A DNA stretch of 64,000 nucleotides from an uncultured Gemmatimonadaceae bacterium (GTDB taxonomy: Bacteria > Gemmatimonadota > Gemmatimonadetes > Gemmatimonadales > Gemmatimonadaceae). How positions within the stretch are numbered: the first letter of the stretch is position 1; every line of letters starts with the position of its first letter. The notes beneath the pieces are model-generated. The model made no database searches. It was not told the origin of the DNA and was given only the letters and a program-made list of their open reading frames with translations. Shown in pieces: positions 29,767-38,663 of this stretch. The stretch is from positions 1,248,001 through 1,312,000 of the forward strand of contig CAVXGK010000001.1 in assembly GCA_963761305.1 (NCBI GenBank), read 5' to 3'. The translations under genes and the position numbers were made by a program.

Positions 29767-30750
29767 CTACCGCTTGCCGCTGATCGGATCGGCGAGCACG
29801 CCCTCTTTCGTGATCCTGACCGGCTGAATGAATCCGCGCTCGTCGAACCGCATCTCGTCGATGCTCACCACGCGGTGATTGCGGTCCGTCTCACCGAGCG
29901 GACGGCGGTGGTAGACGATGTACCACTTCCCGGTCGACGGCGATTGGATCACCGAGTGATGCCCCGCTCCGGTGGCGACCGTCGAATCCTGCTGGAGGAT
30001 CTTCCCGACGCGCTCGAACGGCCCGAAGGGTGATGAGCCGATGGCATACGCGACGGCGTAGTTGGGACCCGTCCAGCCGCCTTCGGACCACATGAAGTAG
30101 TACTTGTCGCCCTTGATCAGCATGAACGCGCCTTCGACGTAGCCCGAGGGCGTGATCTCCTTGAACGTGCTGCCGTCGGGAAGCGGGACGAAGCCGGTGA
30201 AATCGGCGTTCAGCTTCGCGACGTTGCAGTGGCGCCAGCCGCCGTAGACGATGTAATAACTGCCATCACGATCCTTGAACACCATTTGATCGATCGGCTG
30301 CGCGCCGTTGTGGAACGCATCGATGAGCGGCTTGCCGAGGTAGTCCTTGAACGGACCCTCCGGCGTTCGCGCTCGCGCGACGCCGATGCCGCCGACCTGC
30401 TGGTCGTTCTGGATGTCGTTGGCGCCGAAGAACAGGTAGTACCAGCCGTCCTTCTCGATGATCGACGGCGCCCACACGGCGCGCTTGGCCCACTTCACGT
30501 CGGCGACGTCGAGCACGTGCGAATGCTTCTCCCACGTCACCAGATCGCGGGACGAGAACGCGTCGAGGAACGTCTGCTCGTCGTAGGGCGCCGAGTAGGT
30601 CGGGAAGATCCAGTATTGGCCGTCGAAGACGTGCGCCTCGGGGTCGGCGTACCAGCCCGGCAGAATCGGGTTGCCGGAGCGAGGGGCCTGAGCGCGCGAC
30701 GACGCGACGGTGGCGAGGCTGAAGGCGATTGCGACTAAGCAACGTTGCAT
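29767..30750 (-). CDS. Secreted glycoside hydrolase family 43
   Basis: NPILPGWYADP, WAPS, PID, VEG, GAGHHS; signal peptide. Confidence 0.92.
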   Translation of the reverse strand: MQRCLVAIAFSLATVASSRAQAPRSGNPILPGWYADPEAHVFDGQYWIFPTYSAPYDEQTFLDAFSSRDLVTWEKHSHVLDVADVKWAKRAVWAPSIIEKDGWYYLFFGANDIQNDQQVGGIGVARARTPEGPFKDYLGKPLIDAFHNGAQPIDQMVFKDRDGSYYIVYGGWRHCNVAKLNADFTGFVPLPDGSTFKEITPSGYVEGAFMLIKGDKYYFMWSEGGWTGPNYAVAYAIGSSPFGPFERVGKILQQDSTVATGAGHHSVIQSPSTGKWYIVYHRRPLGETDRNHRVVSIDEMRFDERGFIQPVRITKEGVLADPISGKR

Positions 30751-30825
30751 AGGGAAATGGGCGACGGTTCCGAGGTCGGAGGGGAAAATTCCCGGGCGTG
30801 CGGCATTGTCGTTCTTCTTGAGAGG

Positions 30826-30885
30826 CAGCTCGCGGACAGCACCATCCTTTAGGCCGCTCCGCTCTCGCCCCTGGCGTCCCATTTT
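30826..30885. repeat. Family 3 remnant
   Basis: GCACCATCCTT (left-arm start) joined to AGGCCGCTCCGCTCTCGCCCCTGGCG, identical to 29700-29725. Confidence 0.7.
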
Positions 30886-30910
30886 TCGGTCGAGCGATGC
30901 CGGCTGAAGC

Positions 30911-32671
30911 TCATCGCGGGTTGGCGGTCATTGTCGAGCGATGACCGGTGGTCGTCGTCCAGTAGTCCATCCACCGCAGCCGAATCCCCTCGGTCCGCTC
31001 GAGCAACTCCTTGCTCGGCGTCTTGCCGTGCTCCACCACGACGACCATCCCCGTGTTGAATTCCTTCTGCGAATGGTCCACGTCCGGCAGCCGCGGACCC
31101 GCGACGGCGATCACGTCCTGAATCGACACCTTGGTGCGATCCGCCTTGAAGATCGGATGTCCGTTCGCGTCGCGCCCCTGCGGCACAAGATTTCTGAGAA
31201 TGAAAAAGTCCGGAACCTCGCTCGGCGCGATGAGACCCATGAGATAGAGGTCGAGATACGACCAGCCGGTCGCCGGCACGTAGTAGTCGTCGTCGAGCTG
31301 CGTGAACGTCCCGTCGAAGTTGTCTTGCCAGACGCCGCCGCCCATCGCCGACGCTTCCACAGGGCGCTGATACGGAAACGCGACCGGCGCCTGCAATCCT
31401 CTCGCCCAGTGCGTGGGACCGAGCTGGATCGTTTCGTCGTTCAGTTTCGCGGAGACGAACGCGCTCCATCGATGGCCCATCTCGTGTCCGATCTGCGACA
31501 TCGCGTAGTCGTACGGCGGGATCTTGCCGTTCGACGTTCGCTCGGCGAGTTGGTGCGAGTAGGCGATGATATTGTGCGTGTTGCTATCGACAACGCCGGC
31601 GGGCGGGTACTCAGCCATCTGGTTGGCGCCGACGTACACCGGTTGGATGTACTGCCACTGGAAGCGTCCCTGCGTGCAGTAGTTCGCGAGATTTCTCTGA
31701 TTCGCGCCGATGCCGGTCACCGCGCCGCCGTTCGGGCCGCCGCCGAGTGGGCCTGAGCTCGACGTGCCCGCCTCGGGGTTGTCGATGCGAAAGTCCGAGT
31801 AGTACGCGAGCATGTCGAACTTGTCGCCGAGTGCGTTGATCACCGTGCAAGTGAGATCGACGGCGCGGGGCGGCCTCATGTAGTGGAATGCCTCGTACAC
31901 TGCGGCGAAGGGACCGTCGCTCTTCTTTATGGAAGAAAAATCGACGGCGGCCGCCCGGTCAGCGCCTTTACTCGTGGTCGCGTAGACGCCGACGATGCCG
32001 TCGTCCGCGTGCACGTCGTCGTAGGTGAGCTCGATCGCGCCGTTCCTGTGCAGTACCGCCTGGAAACGGTTGACGGTCGGCGTCCACGTCATGTCCTGGA
32101 TGCCGCCGACGGGCTCAGTGAGCGTCCACGTGACGACGACACGATCGGCGAGCTCCTTGAGGTAGCGCGTTCCCGACATTCGTGGCTTGAAGAACACACT
32201 GATCGCCGGAACGCCGTTCGTGAAGGTCGACGCGACTTCTTGCAACTCGGCGAACCGGGCGACCGAGAGCCCGCCGCCACGACCGCCGCTGGCGGGCGGA
32301 GGTGCGTCGTCGAACGTGATCGACCCGGTGACTCCGACTGAGAACGAATTCCGGCTCTTGCCGGAAAACGGAAACGTGAACCCCGTGAGCGCGGCGACGC
32401 TGCTCGTCACGGGCGGACCGAACTCCGCGTCCCACTTTTCGGGCACGTTCTCGACGCGATACGCGTCGCGGTCGGGCGTGAAGCGCAACGTGCGATGGGC
32501 GAGGTCGAACAGGTTCGCCTTCCCGAGCGCGCCTTCGTTCAGCGTCATCACGATCAGGTTTCCCTGCGTGGTGATCGTACCGATCGAGCGTCCCGGCTCC
32601 TGGCGGGACTGCGTCCCTCCTATCGATGGCCATAGTCCGCACGCGGCGACAAGCCAACCGAGTCGATTCAT
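30911..32671 (-). CDS. Secreted hypothetical protein, putative zinc metallopeptidase
   Basis: Signal peptide; HEMGHRW (HExxH) followed by GPTHW; YSYLDLY-like WSYLDLYLMGL. Confidence 0.65.
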   Translation of the reverse strand: MNRLGWLVAACGLWPSIGGTQSRQEPGRSIGTITTQGNLIVMTLNEGALGKANLFDLAHRTLRFTPDRDAYRVENVPEKWDAEFGPPVTSSVAALTGFTFPFSGKSRNSFSVGVTGSITFDDAPPPASGGRGGGLSVARFAELQEVASTFTNGVPAISVFFKPRMSGTRYLKELADRVVVTWTLTEPVGGIQDMTWTPTVNRFQAVLHRNGAIELTYDDVHADDGIVGVYATTSKGADRAAAVDFSSIKKSDGPFAAVYEAFHYMRPPRAVDLTCTVINALGDKFDMLAYYSDFRIDNPEAGTSSSGPLGGGPNGGAVTGIGANQRNLANYCTQGRFQWQYIQPVYVGANQMAEYPPAGVVDSNTHNIIAYSHQLAERTSNGKIPPYDYAMSQIGHEMGHRWSAFVSAKLNDETIQLGPTHWARGLQAPVAFPYQRPVEASAMGGGVWQDNFDGTFTQLDDDYYVPATGWSYLDLYLMGLIAPSEVPDFFILRNLVPQGRDANGHPIFKADRTKVSIQDVIAVAGPRLPDVDHSQKEFNTGMVVVVEHGKTPSKELLERTEGIRLRWMDYWTTTTGHRSTMTANPR

Positions 32672-32684
32672 CGAGTTCTTTCTC

Positions 32685-33195
32685 CGCTGTCCGTACGGGA
32701 AGCGATACTTTTTTCGCTACCTTCTTCGCAAGTGGCGATCGCGGGCGGCACCATCCTTCGCGCGACCGCCCGCAATACTGCCGATACTGCCGGCAGTATT
32801 GCAACGGCTCGCGCTGCGGAAGGTGCCACCCGCTCCTAGCTGCATTGAAAGGTGACACCCGCGTGAGAGCGATGCGGCGCGTCGCGAAAGCCGCGCTACC
32901 GTGCGGTCATGCCCATCACGGACCCGATCCCCGCACTGAAGCAGGAGGCGGCCGTCGCGCTCATTCCGCTCGTGGAACGCTGGAATCGCAGCGACGCCGC
33001 GGCGCTGCTCGGTACTGAGGGCGAGCGGATCGCGGACTTGCGATACGGGAGGCTCGATCGGTTCTCGCTCGAGCGGCTGATTCGATTCCTCGTGCGCGCC
33101 GGCGCGCGCGTCGAGCTGCGGAATCACACCGCCTCGGGCCTGATCACTCGGAGAGCGGTCGCGCGAGGGACATCGGGCCACTCCGCTCTCGCCCT
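32685..33195. mobile_element. Family 3 element, second copy with internally deleted right hairpin
   Basis: Left arm and HTH gene nearly identical to copy 1; right side jumps from GGAGAGCGG to TCGCGCGAGGGACATC. Confidence 0.6.
32909..33143 (+). CDS. Small XRE-family HTH protein, copy 2 (+1 indel near 33122)
   Basis: MPITDPIPALKQEAA...VELR is almost identical to copy 1. Removing one A gives ...ELRITPPRA-stop. Confidence 0.75.
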
Positions 33196-33236
33196 CTCGC
33201 GCCATATTGTCCTCGGACATCGACAACACATCGGCC

Positions 33237-34889
33237 ATGCTTCGAAGACTCCGATTCATCTCGGTCGCCATCGGCGTAGCGCTCGTCGCCACAGCGCTCT
33301 CGCGCTATCTCGACGTCGAACAGACGACGCCCGGCGATCGTCCGCCGGCGGTCATCGTCGCGAGCTTCGATGGACTCGGCGTCGGATTCAACGGCCCGCA
33401 AGGCACGTTCACCGGCCGCAACCCATCGGACAATTCTCTCGCCGTCGGCCCCGATCACATCGTGCAGATCGTGAACACACGCATGGCGATCTTCACGAAG
33501 AAGGGCTCGCGCTTCGACTCCACGGGACGGGTGCTCTACGGCCCCGTCGAGACGCGCAATGCGTTTCGAGGTTTCGGGGGGCCGTGCGACCAGCGCAACA
33601 ACGGCGATGCCGTCGTGCGCTACGACCAGCTCGCCGATCGCTGGCTCATCGTCATGCCGATTTTTACGCGCATCCCTCCGTCCGAGCAGTCCGACGATCG
33701 GTCGTTGCCGCGCGCCGGCGAACCGGCGCGAAAGAGTGTCCCCGGCATCGCGGGCCAACCGGGGGCGGCTGTGCAATTGTACGAACCGCCGCCGCCACCA
33801 CCACCTCCGCCCGCGCGCCCCGATTCCGCCGCGGCCCCGCCACGACGTCCACCGCAACCGACGCAGGGCGTCTACGCGATGTGCTACGCGATCAGCACCG
33901 GCGCCGATCCTTTCGGCCCGTACTACCGCTACGAGTTCCTTCGACCGTTCTTTCCCGACTACCCGCGGCCCGCGGTCTGGCCCGACGGCTACTACGTGCC
34001 GTCGAGCACGGGGGACGAGGTCATTCAGAAACACGCATGCGTCGTCGAGCGCGCCAAGATGCTCGTCGGCGGCGATGCGTCGGAGCAGTGCGTGGTGATC
34101 GACAGCGTGAACTTCCTCAACAACGCCGACGTCGATGGCAAAGCCGAGCCGCCGCGAGGCGCCCCAAATGTCATGTTGGCCGCCGGCGGGATGCAGCTGC
34201 AAAAGATCATGGAGGACAGCGTGATCCTCGCATGGTCCTTTCACGTCGACTGGTCCAATCCGTCGAAGACGCGAGTCGATGGTCCGAAGCGAATTCCGGT
34301 GGCGCCCTACCACTACTTGTGCGACGGACAACTCTCGAACTGCGTGCCGCAACGAGGCGCCGACCGCCGGCTCGACGCGCAAGGCGACAAACTCATGGCG
34401 CGTCTCGTGTATCGGCGCGTCGATGGGCACGAGTCGATCGTGGCCATTCACTCCGTGAACACGAAGGCCGGCGGAGGCGGCGTGCGCTGGTACGAATTCC
34501 GGCTCGACAGGCGTCGTGAGCCCACACTCTACCAGCAGGGCACGTACGCGCCGGACAGTGGGTTCCGCTGGATGGGCAGTCCGGCCATCGATGCTCGCGG
34601 CAACATCGGCATCGGCTATTCGTACGGATCAGCGGGGGAGTTCGCGGGCCAGCGCTTCGCCGCGCGCCTCGCCGGCGATCCGCCCGGACGCCTCACGCTT
34701 CGCGAGACCGTGTTGGTCACGGGAGAAGCGGCGCAGACAAATACGCTGCGATGGGAAGACTACGCGCAGACCGCCGTCGATCCGTCCGACGACTGCACGA
34801 TCTGGTACGTCGGCGACTATCTGAAGCTCGGTGCGACGAGCTATTCGACGCGCATCGGCGGCTTTCGCCTGCCGCGGTGTCCGAAGTAG
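33237..34889 (+). CDS. Exported Cys-containing hypothetical protein
   Basis: N-terminal hydrophobic segment; PSDNSLAVGPDHIVQIVN, YDQLADRW, PDYP, GVRWYEFR, RWEDY, DPSDDCTIW; Pro-rich insert. Confidence 0.75.
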   Translation: MLRRLRFISVAIGVALVATALSRYLDVEQTTPGDRPPAVIVASFDGLGVGFNGPQGTFTGRNPSDNSLAVGPDHIVQIVNTRMAIFTKKGSRFDSTGRVLYGPVETRNAFRGFGGPCDQRNNGDAVVRYDQLADRWLIVMPIFTRIPPSEQSDDRSLPRAGEPARKSVPGIAGQPGAAVQLYEPPPPPPPPPARPDSAAAPPRRPPQPTQGVYAMCYAISTGADPFGPYYRYEFLRPFFPDYPRPAVWPDGYYVPSSTGDEVIQKHACVVERAKMLVGGDASEQCVVIDSVNFLNNADVDGKAEPPRGAPNVMLAAGGMQLQKIMEDSVILAWSFHVDWSNPSKTRVDGPKRIPVAPYHYLCDGQLSNCVPQRGADRRLDAQGDKLMARLVYRRVDGHESIVAIHSVNTKAGGGGVRWYEFRLDRRREPTLYQQGTYAPDSGFRWMGSPAIDARGNIGIGYSYGSAGEFAGQRFAARLAGDPPGRLTLRETVLVTGEAAQTNTLRWEDYAQTAVDPSDDCTIWYVGDYLKLGATSYSTRIGGFRLPRCPK

Positions 34890-34897
34890 CGCGGCTT

Positions 34898-35353
34898 TCA
34901 GCGAGCGCCGGCAGCGACGCTCGTCGACGGCGCGGCGACCACCACGATGACGACGCTGTCGCTGAGGATGCCGAGCCGCGCGAGAATCGCCGTCGATCCG
35001 GCCAATGTCAGATCGAAGGTGGCCGACAACGTGTAGAGTGTCGGCGCGTGCGGATCGGTGAACGGAATCGGGATCGCGGCGAGGCTGCTCAGCTGCGCCA
35101 CGGCGGTGTTCGTCGACGTGAGCTCGGTGGGGCCCGCATCGATCGGAGCGCCGTTGACGTCCACCGCGTCGACCTCGACGTGCAGGTGCCCTCCGACGAC
35201 GGCGAGACCTGTGTCGGGCCGAACGGTCAGACGACCGACCAGGGACTGTGGCGGGCGCTGCGGAGTCCCATCGGACGAGGCGTTCGTCGTCCCGGGCGAG
35301 TCGCATGCAACGGCGACGGCGACCGCCAACGAGGCGAACATCCATTTGACCAA
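34898..35353 (-). CDS. Hypothetical lipoprotein with an Ig-like beta domain
   Basis: Lipobox AVAC; STNTAVA resembles Big_2 repeats. Confidence 0.6.
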   Translation of the reverse strand: MVKWMFASLAVAVAVACDSPGTTNASSDGTPQRPPQSLVGRLTVRPDTGLAVVGGHLHVEVDAVDVNGAPIDAGPTELTSTNTAVAQLSSLAAIPIPFTDPHAPTLYTLSATFDLTLAGSTAILARLGILSDSVVIVVVAAPSTSVAAGAR

Positions 35354-35666
35354 CGGCGCTCCAGAGTCCGAACGGGCGGAACGTTAGTGGGTGCCCGTGT
35401 GATGTCAATTTCGCCTGGAACTTGACGCCGAACGCGCTCGAGCCCGACGGCTGCAACGAAACGTTCTCGCTCCCTAAACCTTTGGAGCGATCGTGCACAA
35501 CGACGTGCCACGCGCTGTCAAGAATTTTTGCATGCGCGCATGCTAACGCCTACCTCCACACACGAGACGGCGCTGTGCGCTCGCGCACATGCCGAACAGC
35601 GTGGCGCGGTGCATCCTGAAGCGTCCTTGATTGGCAACCGACGCACACCAATCTGGAGAGCTTCGA

Positions 35667-36101
35667 ATGAGCATGTTTTCCCGCCGCCGCCCAACGATCG
35701 CTCCTCCGCCGTCTGACGGATATTCCGTCATCGACGCGCACCTCGCCATCCAGGGCGACCTCTCGACGGACGGCACGGTCCGCGTCGATGGCCGCGTGGA
35801 CGGCACCTTGCATCGCGCCGACACGCTCATCGTCGGCGCCGGAGGCGTGATCATCGGCAGCGTCGAAGCGCGCGAGGTCATCGTCGGCGGCGAGCTGACA
35901 GGTGATCTCGTCGTGCGCGGTCGCGTCGAAGTACAGAAGACGGCCACGGTGCGCGGTGACATTCGCGCCGCCGCCGTGGCACTCGAGGAAGGGGGCACCG
36001 TGCACGGCCACGTCGTCGTGCATTCGCTCGAGACCGACTTGCCGTCGATCGGCGAACGTCGGCTCATGCTCACGCCTCGCTCGATGGCGGCGCAGGGTTA
36101 G
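35667..36101 (+). CDS. Bactofilin (polymer-forming cytoskeletal protein)
   Basis: SVID...IQGDL...VRVDGRVDG, LIVG..G.IIGSV, VRGDI, LEEGG.V.G beta-helix repeats. Confidence 0.9.
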   Translation: MSMFSRRRPTIAPPPSDGYSVIDAHLAIQGDLSTDGTVRVDGRVDGTLHRADTLIVGAGGVIIGSVEAREVIVGGELTGDLVVRGRVEVQKTATVRGDIRAAAVALEEGGTVHGHVVVHSLETDLPSIGERRLMLTPRSMAAQG

Positions 36102-36124
36102 CGCGCGCCCTTTCCGGTAGACGT

Positions 36125-36829
36125 ATGCACAATAGCGCGACGCCGGCGTGGACGTTGATCATCGTCCCGCCGACGCCGAGTGCGGCGCCACGGCGGGTCG
36201 GCGTGAGGATGCGCACGGTGCGCATGTTCGCGATGCTGATGACCGCCGTCGCCGCGGTGACGTGGAGCTGGATGCTTGCGACGTCGGACGACGCCAGTAC
36301 CATGGCCGACCGTCTCGCCGCGGAACAGCGACTCAGCGCCGCACTCGACGACACGGTGCAATCGATGCGCATGGCGGCGCTCGCCGCCGAGGCGGCGAAG
36401 CTTCCGCCGGTCGGGATGATGATGCCCATCAACGGAGAGATCACGAGCCGCTTTTCGCGCTCGCGCTTTCATCCGATTCTGCAGATCTTCCGCGCACATC
36501 GCGGCGTGGACCTCGCCGCGCCGTCGGGCACGCGCATCTCCGCGCCCGCCGCCGGCCGCGTGGTCTTCGTCGGCCACCGACTCGGCTTCGGTCTGGTGAT
36601 CGAGATGGTGCATTCGGGCGGCGTCGTCACGCGATACGCGCACCTGCGCGCGGCACTCGTGCAAGAGCGCGACTCCGTCACGATGGGCCAGTCGATCGGC
36701 CTCGTCGGCGAAAGTGGCCTCGCGACCGCGCCGCACTTGCACTTCGAGGTCTGGGTGAAGGGCACGGCGGTCGACCCGATCAAGTTCGTCGCGTCGACGC
36801 ATCTGGCGACGCCGGCGGCGGTGCACTGA
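36125..36829 (+). CDS. M23 family metallopeptidase with N-terminal TM anchor
   Basis: HRGVD (HxxxD), TRYAHL, PHLHFEV (HxH). Confidence 0.93.
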   Translation: MHNSATPAWTLIIVPPTPSAAPRRVGVRMRTVRMFAMLMTAVAAVTWSWMLATSDDASTMADRLAAEQRLSAALDDTVQSMRMAALAAEAAKLPPVGMMMPINGEITSRFSRSRFHPILQIFRAHRGVDLAAPSGTRISAPAAGRVVFVGHRLGFGLVIEMVHSGGVVTRYAHLRAALVQERDSVTMGQSIGLVGESGLATAPHLHFEVWVKGTAVDPIKFVASTHLATPAAVH

Positions 36830-36974
36830 GAGGCGGGTGGACGGGTGGACCGCGCACTGATGCTGCCGCCTGTTGCTGACGCCTAGAGTCCCGGCCTCCA
36901 AGACCATCGCTATCACGCCGCAGCCATCCGGCGCGCCACTGGCTGCTGCCGACGACGGGTGGCAGCTTCACTCC

Positions 36975-38624
36975 ATGCGAATCACCATTCTCACGCTGTT
37001 CGCTCTCGCGGCGTGCACGCGAACGGGTACCGCACCGGTGCCGCGCGGCGCCGCGGCGAGCGTCCCTGGCGGCGACTGGCCGAGCTACAATCGCACGCTC
37101 GCCGGCGACCGGTTTTCTCCGCTCGGCGAAATCGATCGATCGAACGTCGCGTCGCTTCGCGAGGTCTGTACCTACACGCTGCCCGAGGTCGCGGCGCTGC
37201 AGGCCGGTCCGGTCGTCGTAAGCGGCGCGATGTACTTCTCGACGGACACCATGACTTACGCCATCGACGCCGGCACGTGCGCCGAACGGTGGAGACGTGC
37301 GCGGCACACGGCGACGCCAGGCGGGGGACCGGCGGTGAATCGCGGCGTCGCCTATCTCGACGGACACCTGTTCCGCGGAACGTCGGACGCGCATGTCCTG
37401 TCGCTCGACGCGCGCGACGGGCAGACGCTGTGGGACGTGACGCTCGACGTCGCCGGACCGGGGGTCCAACTGCCGATGGCGCCGATCGCGTGGCACGGCC
37501 TCGTGTTCATCGGCAACGCGGGCGGCGACCGCGTCGGCGTCATCGGCCACGTCTACGCGCTCGACGCGGCCACCGGCGCCGTGAAATGGAAGTTCGACGT
37601 CGTCCCGGCGGCTGGCCCCGCGCGTACGACGTGGGGACGCGGCGCCGCGGCGGCGTATCCGATCTCGGGCGGCGCGTTCTGGACGTCGTTCACGCTCGAC
37701 GAGGCGAACGGTGTGCTCTACGTCTCGTCGGGCAACCCGGCGCCGGACTTCGACAGTGCGATGCGCGATGGTGAGAACCTCTATGCCAACTCTCTCATCG
37801 CACTCGACGCCGCCACGGGCAAGATGCTCGCGTTCAGTCAGCTGGTGAAGCACGACTTTCACGATTGGGACGTCGACAGTCCGTCACCGGTGGTGACGAT
37901 CCGATCGGGGCGCGCGGTGGTGGCGTCGGCCAACAAGGAAGGGCTCCTCTCCGTCCTCGACCGCAGCGGCCTCGCCACGTTCGGGAGTGTCGCCGTCCTC
38001 TCGGCGGCGAGTGCGCCGCAACAGCTCCCCGTGCTCTACCAGGTCCCGACGACGACGCGGGAAAACGTCGACGTCCCGCTCTCACGCGATCACCCGACCC
38101 GCTTCTGTCCCGGCATCCTCGGCGGCGCCGAGTGGAACGGCGCGGCATACGATCCGACGCACGACACGTTCTTCGTCGGCGCCAACGACTGGTGCAGCAC
38201 CGTCCAATTGCAACGCGAGAACGCCGCGGTGCCGCGCGTCGGTGCGGCGTGGTTCGGCAATACGGCAGGCGGGCAGCGCATGGATTCGGCGTCGGCTGCG
38301 AAGGGCTGGCTCACGGCGTACGACGCCGAGAGCGGGCGCGTTCGATGGAAGTTCGAAGCACCGAAGCCGGTGCTCGCCGGCGTCACGCCCACCGCCGGCG
38401 GTCTCGTGTTCACGGCGGATCTCGGCGGCAACGTTTACGCGTTCGATGCCGACGATGGGCGCGTACGCTGGCAAACGGCGGCGGGCCAGTCGATCGGCGG
38501 CGGGATCGTGAGCTATCTCGCCGACGGACATCAGCGCATCGGCGTCGCGGCGGGAATGCGATCGCCGATCTGGCCGGGCGGATCGCAGTCGAGCCACGTG
38601 ATCGTGTACGGGGTCAGTCGCTGA
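36975..38624 (+). CDS. PQQ-dependent dehydrogenase-like beta-propeller lipoprotein
   Basis: Lipobox LAAC; RFSPLGEI, NRGVA, LDAATG..KW repeats, GNPAP, HDFHDWD, CPGILGGAEW. Confidence 0.85.
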   Translation: MRITILTLFALAACTRTGTAPVPRGAAASVPGGDWPSYNRTLAGDRFSPLGEIDRSNVASLREVCTYTLPEVAALQAGPVVVSGAMYFSTDTMTYAIDAGTCAERWRRARHTATPGGGPAVNRGVAYLDGHLFRGTSDAHVLSLDARDGQTLWDVTLDVAGPGVQLPMAPIAWHGLVFIGNAGGDRVGVIGHVYALDAATGAVKWKFDVVPAAGPARTTWGRGAAAAYPISGGAFWTSFTLDEANGVLYVSSGNPAPDFDSAMRDGENLYANSLIALDAATGKMLAFSQLVKHDFHDWDVDSPSPVVTIRSGRAVVASANKEGLLSVLDRSGLATFGSVAVLSAASAPQQLPVLYQVPTTTRENVDVPLSRDHPTRFCPGILGGAEWNGAAYDPTHDTFFVGANDWCSTVQLQRENAAVPRVGAAWFGNTAGGQRMDSASAAKGWLTAYDAESGRVRWKFEAPKPVLAGVTPTAGGLVFTADLGGNVYAFDADDGRVRWQTAAGQSIGGGIVSYLADGHQRIGVAAGMRSPIWPGGSQSSHVIVYGVSR

Positions 38625-38663
38625 CGCTATCGCTTCAGACCAGAGAGCGTAGAATTCGGCGGG

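Noticed and set aside
32909..34519. 536-aa ORF starting with the HTH domain
   Set aside because: Read-through caused by a one-base insertion near 33122; the remainder is an off-frame shadow of the 33237..34889 gene.
36975..38624. Lanthanide-dependent alcohol dehydrogenase (D-x-D motif)
   Set aside because: The vicinal Cys-Cys is absent, and D-x-D also occurs in glucose-dehydrogenase-like PQQ enzymes, so it is not diagnostic.
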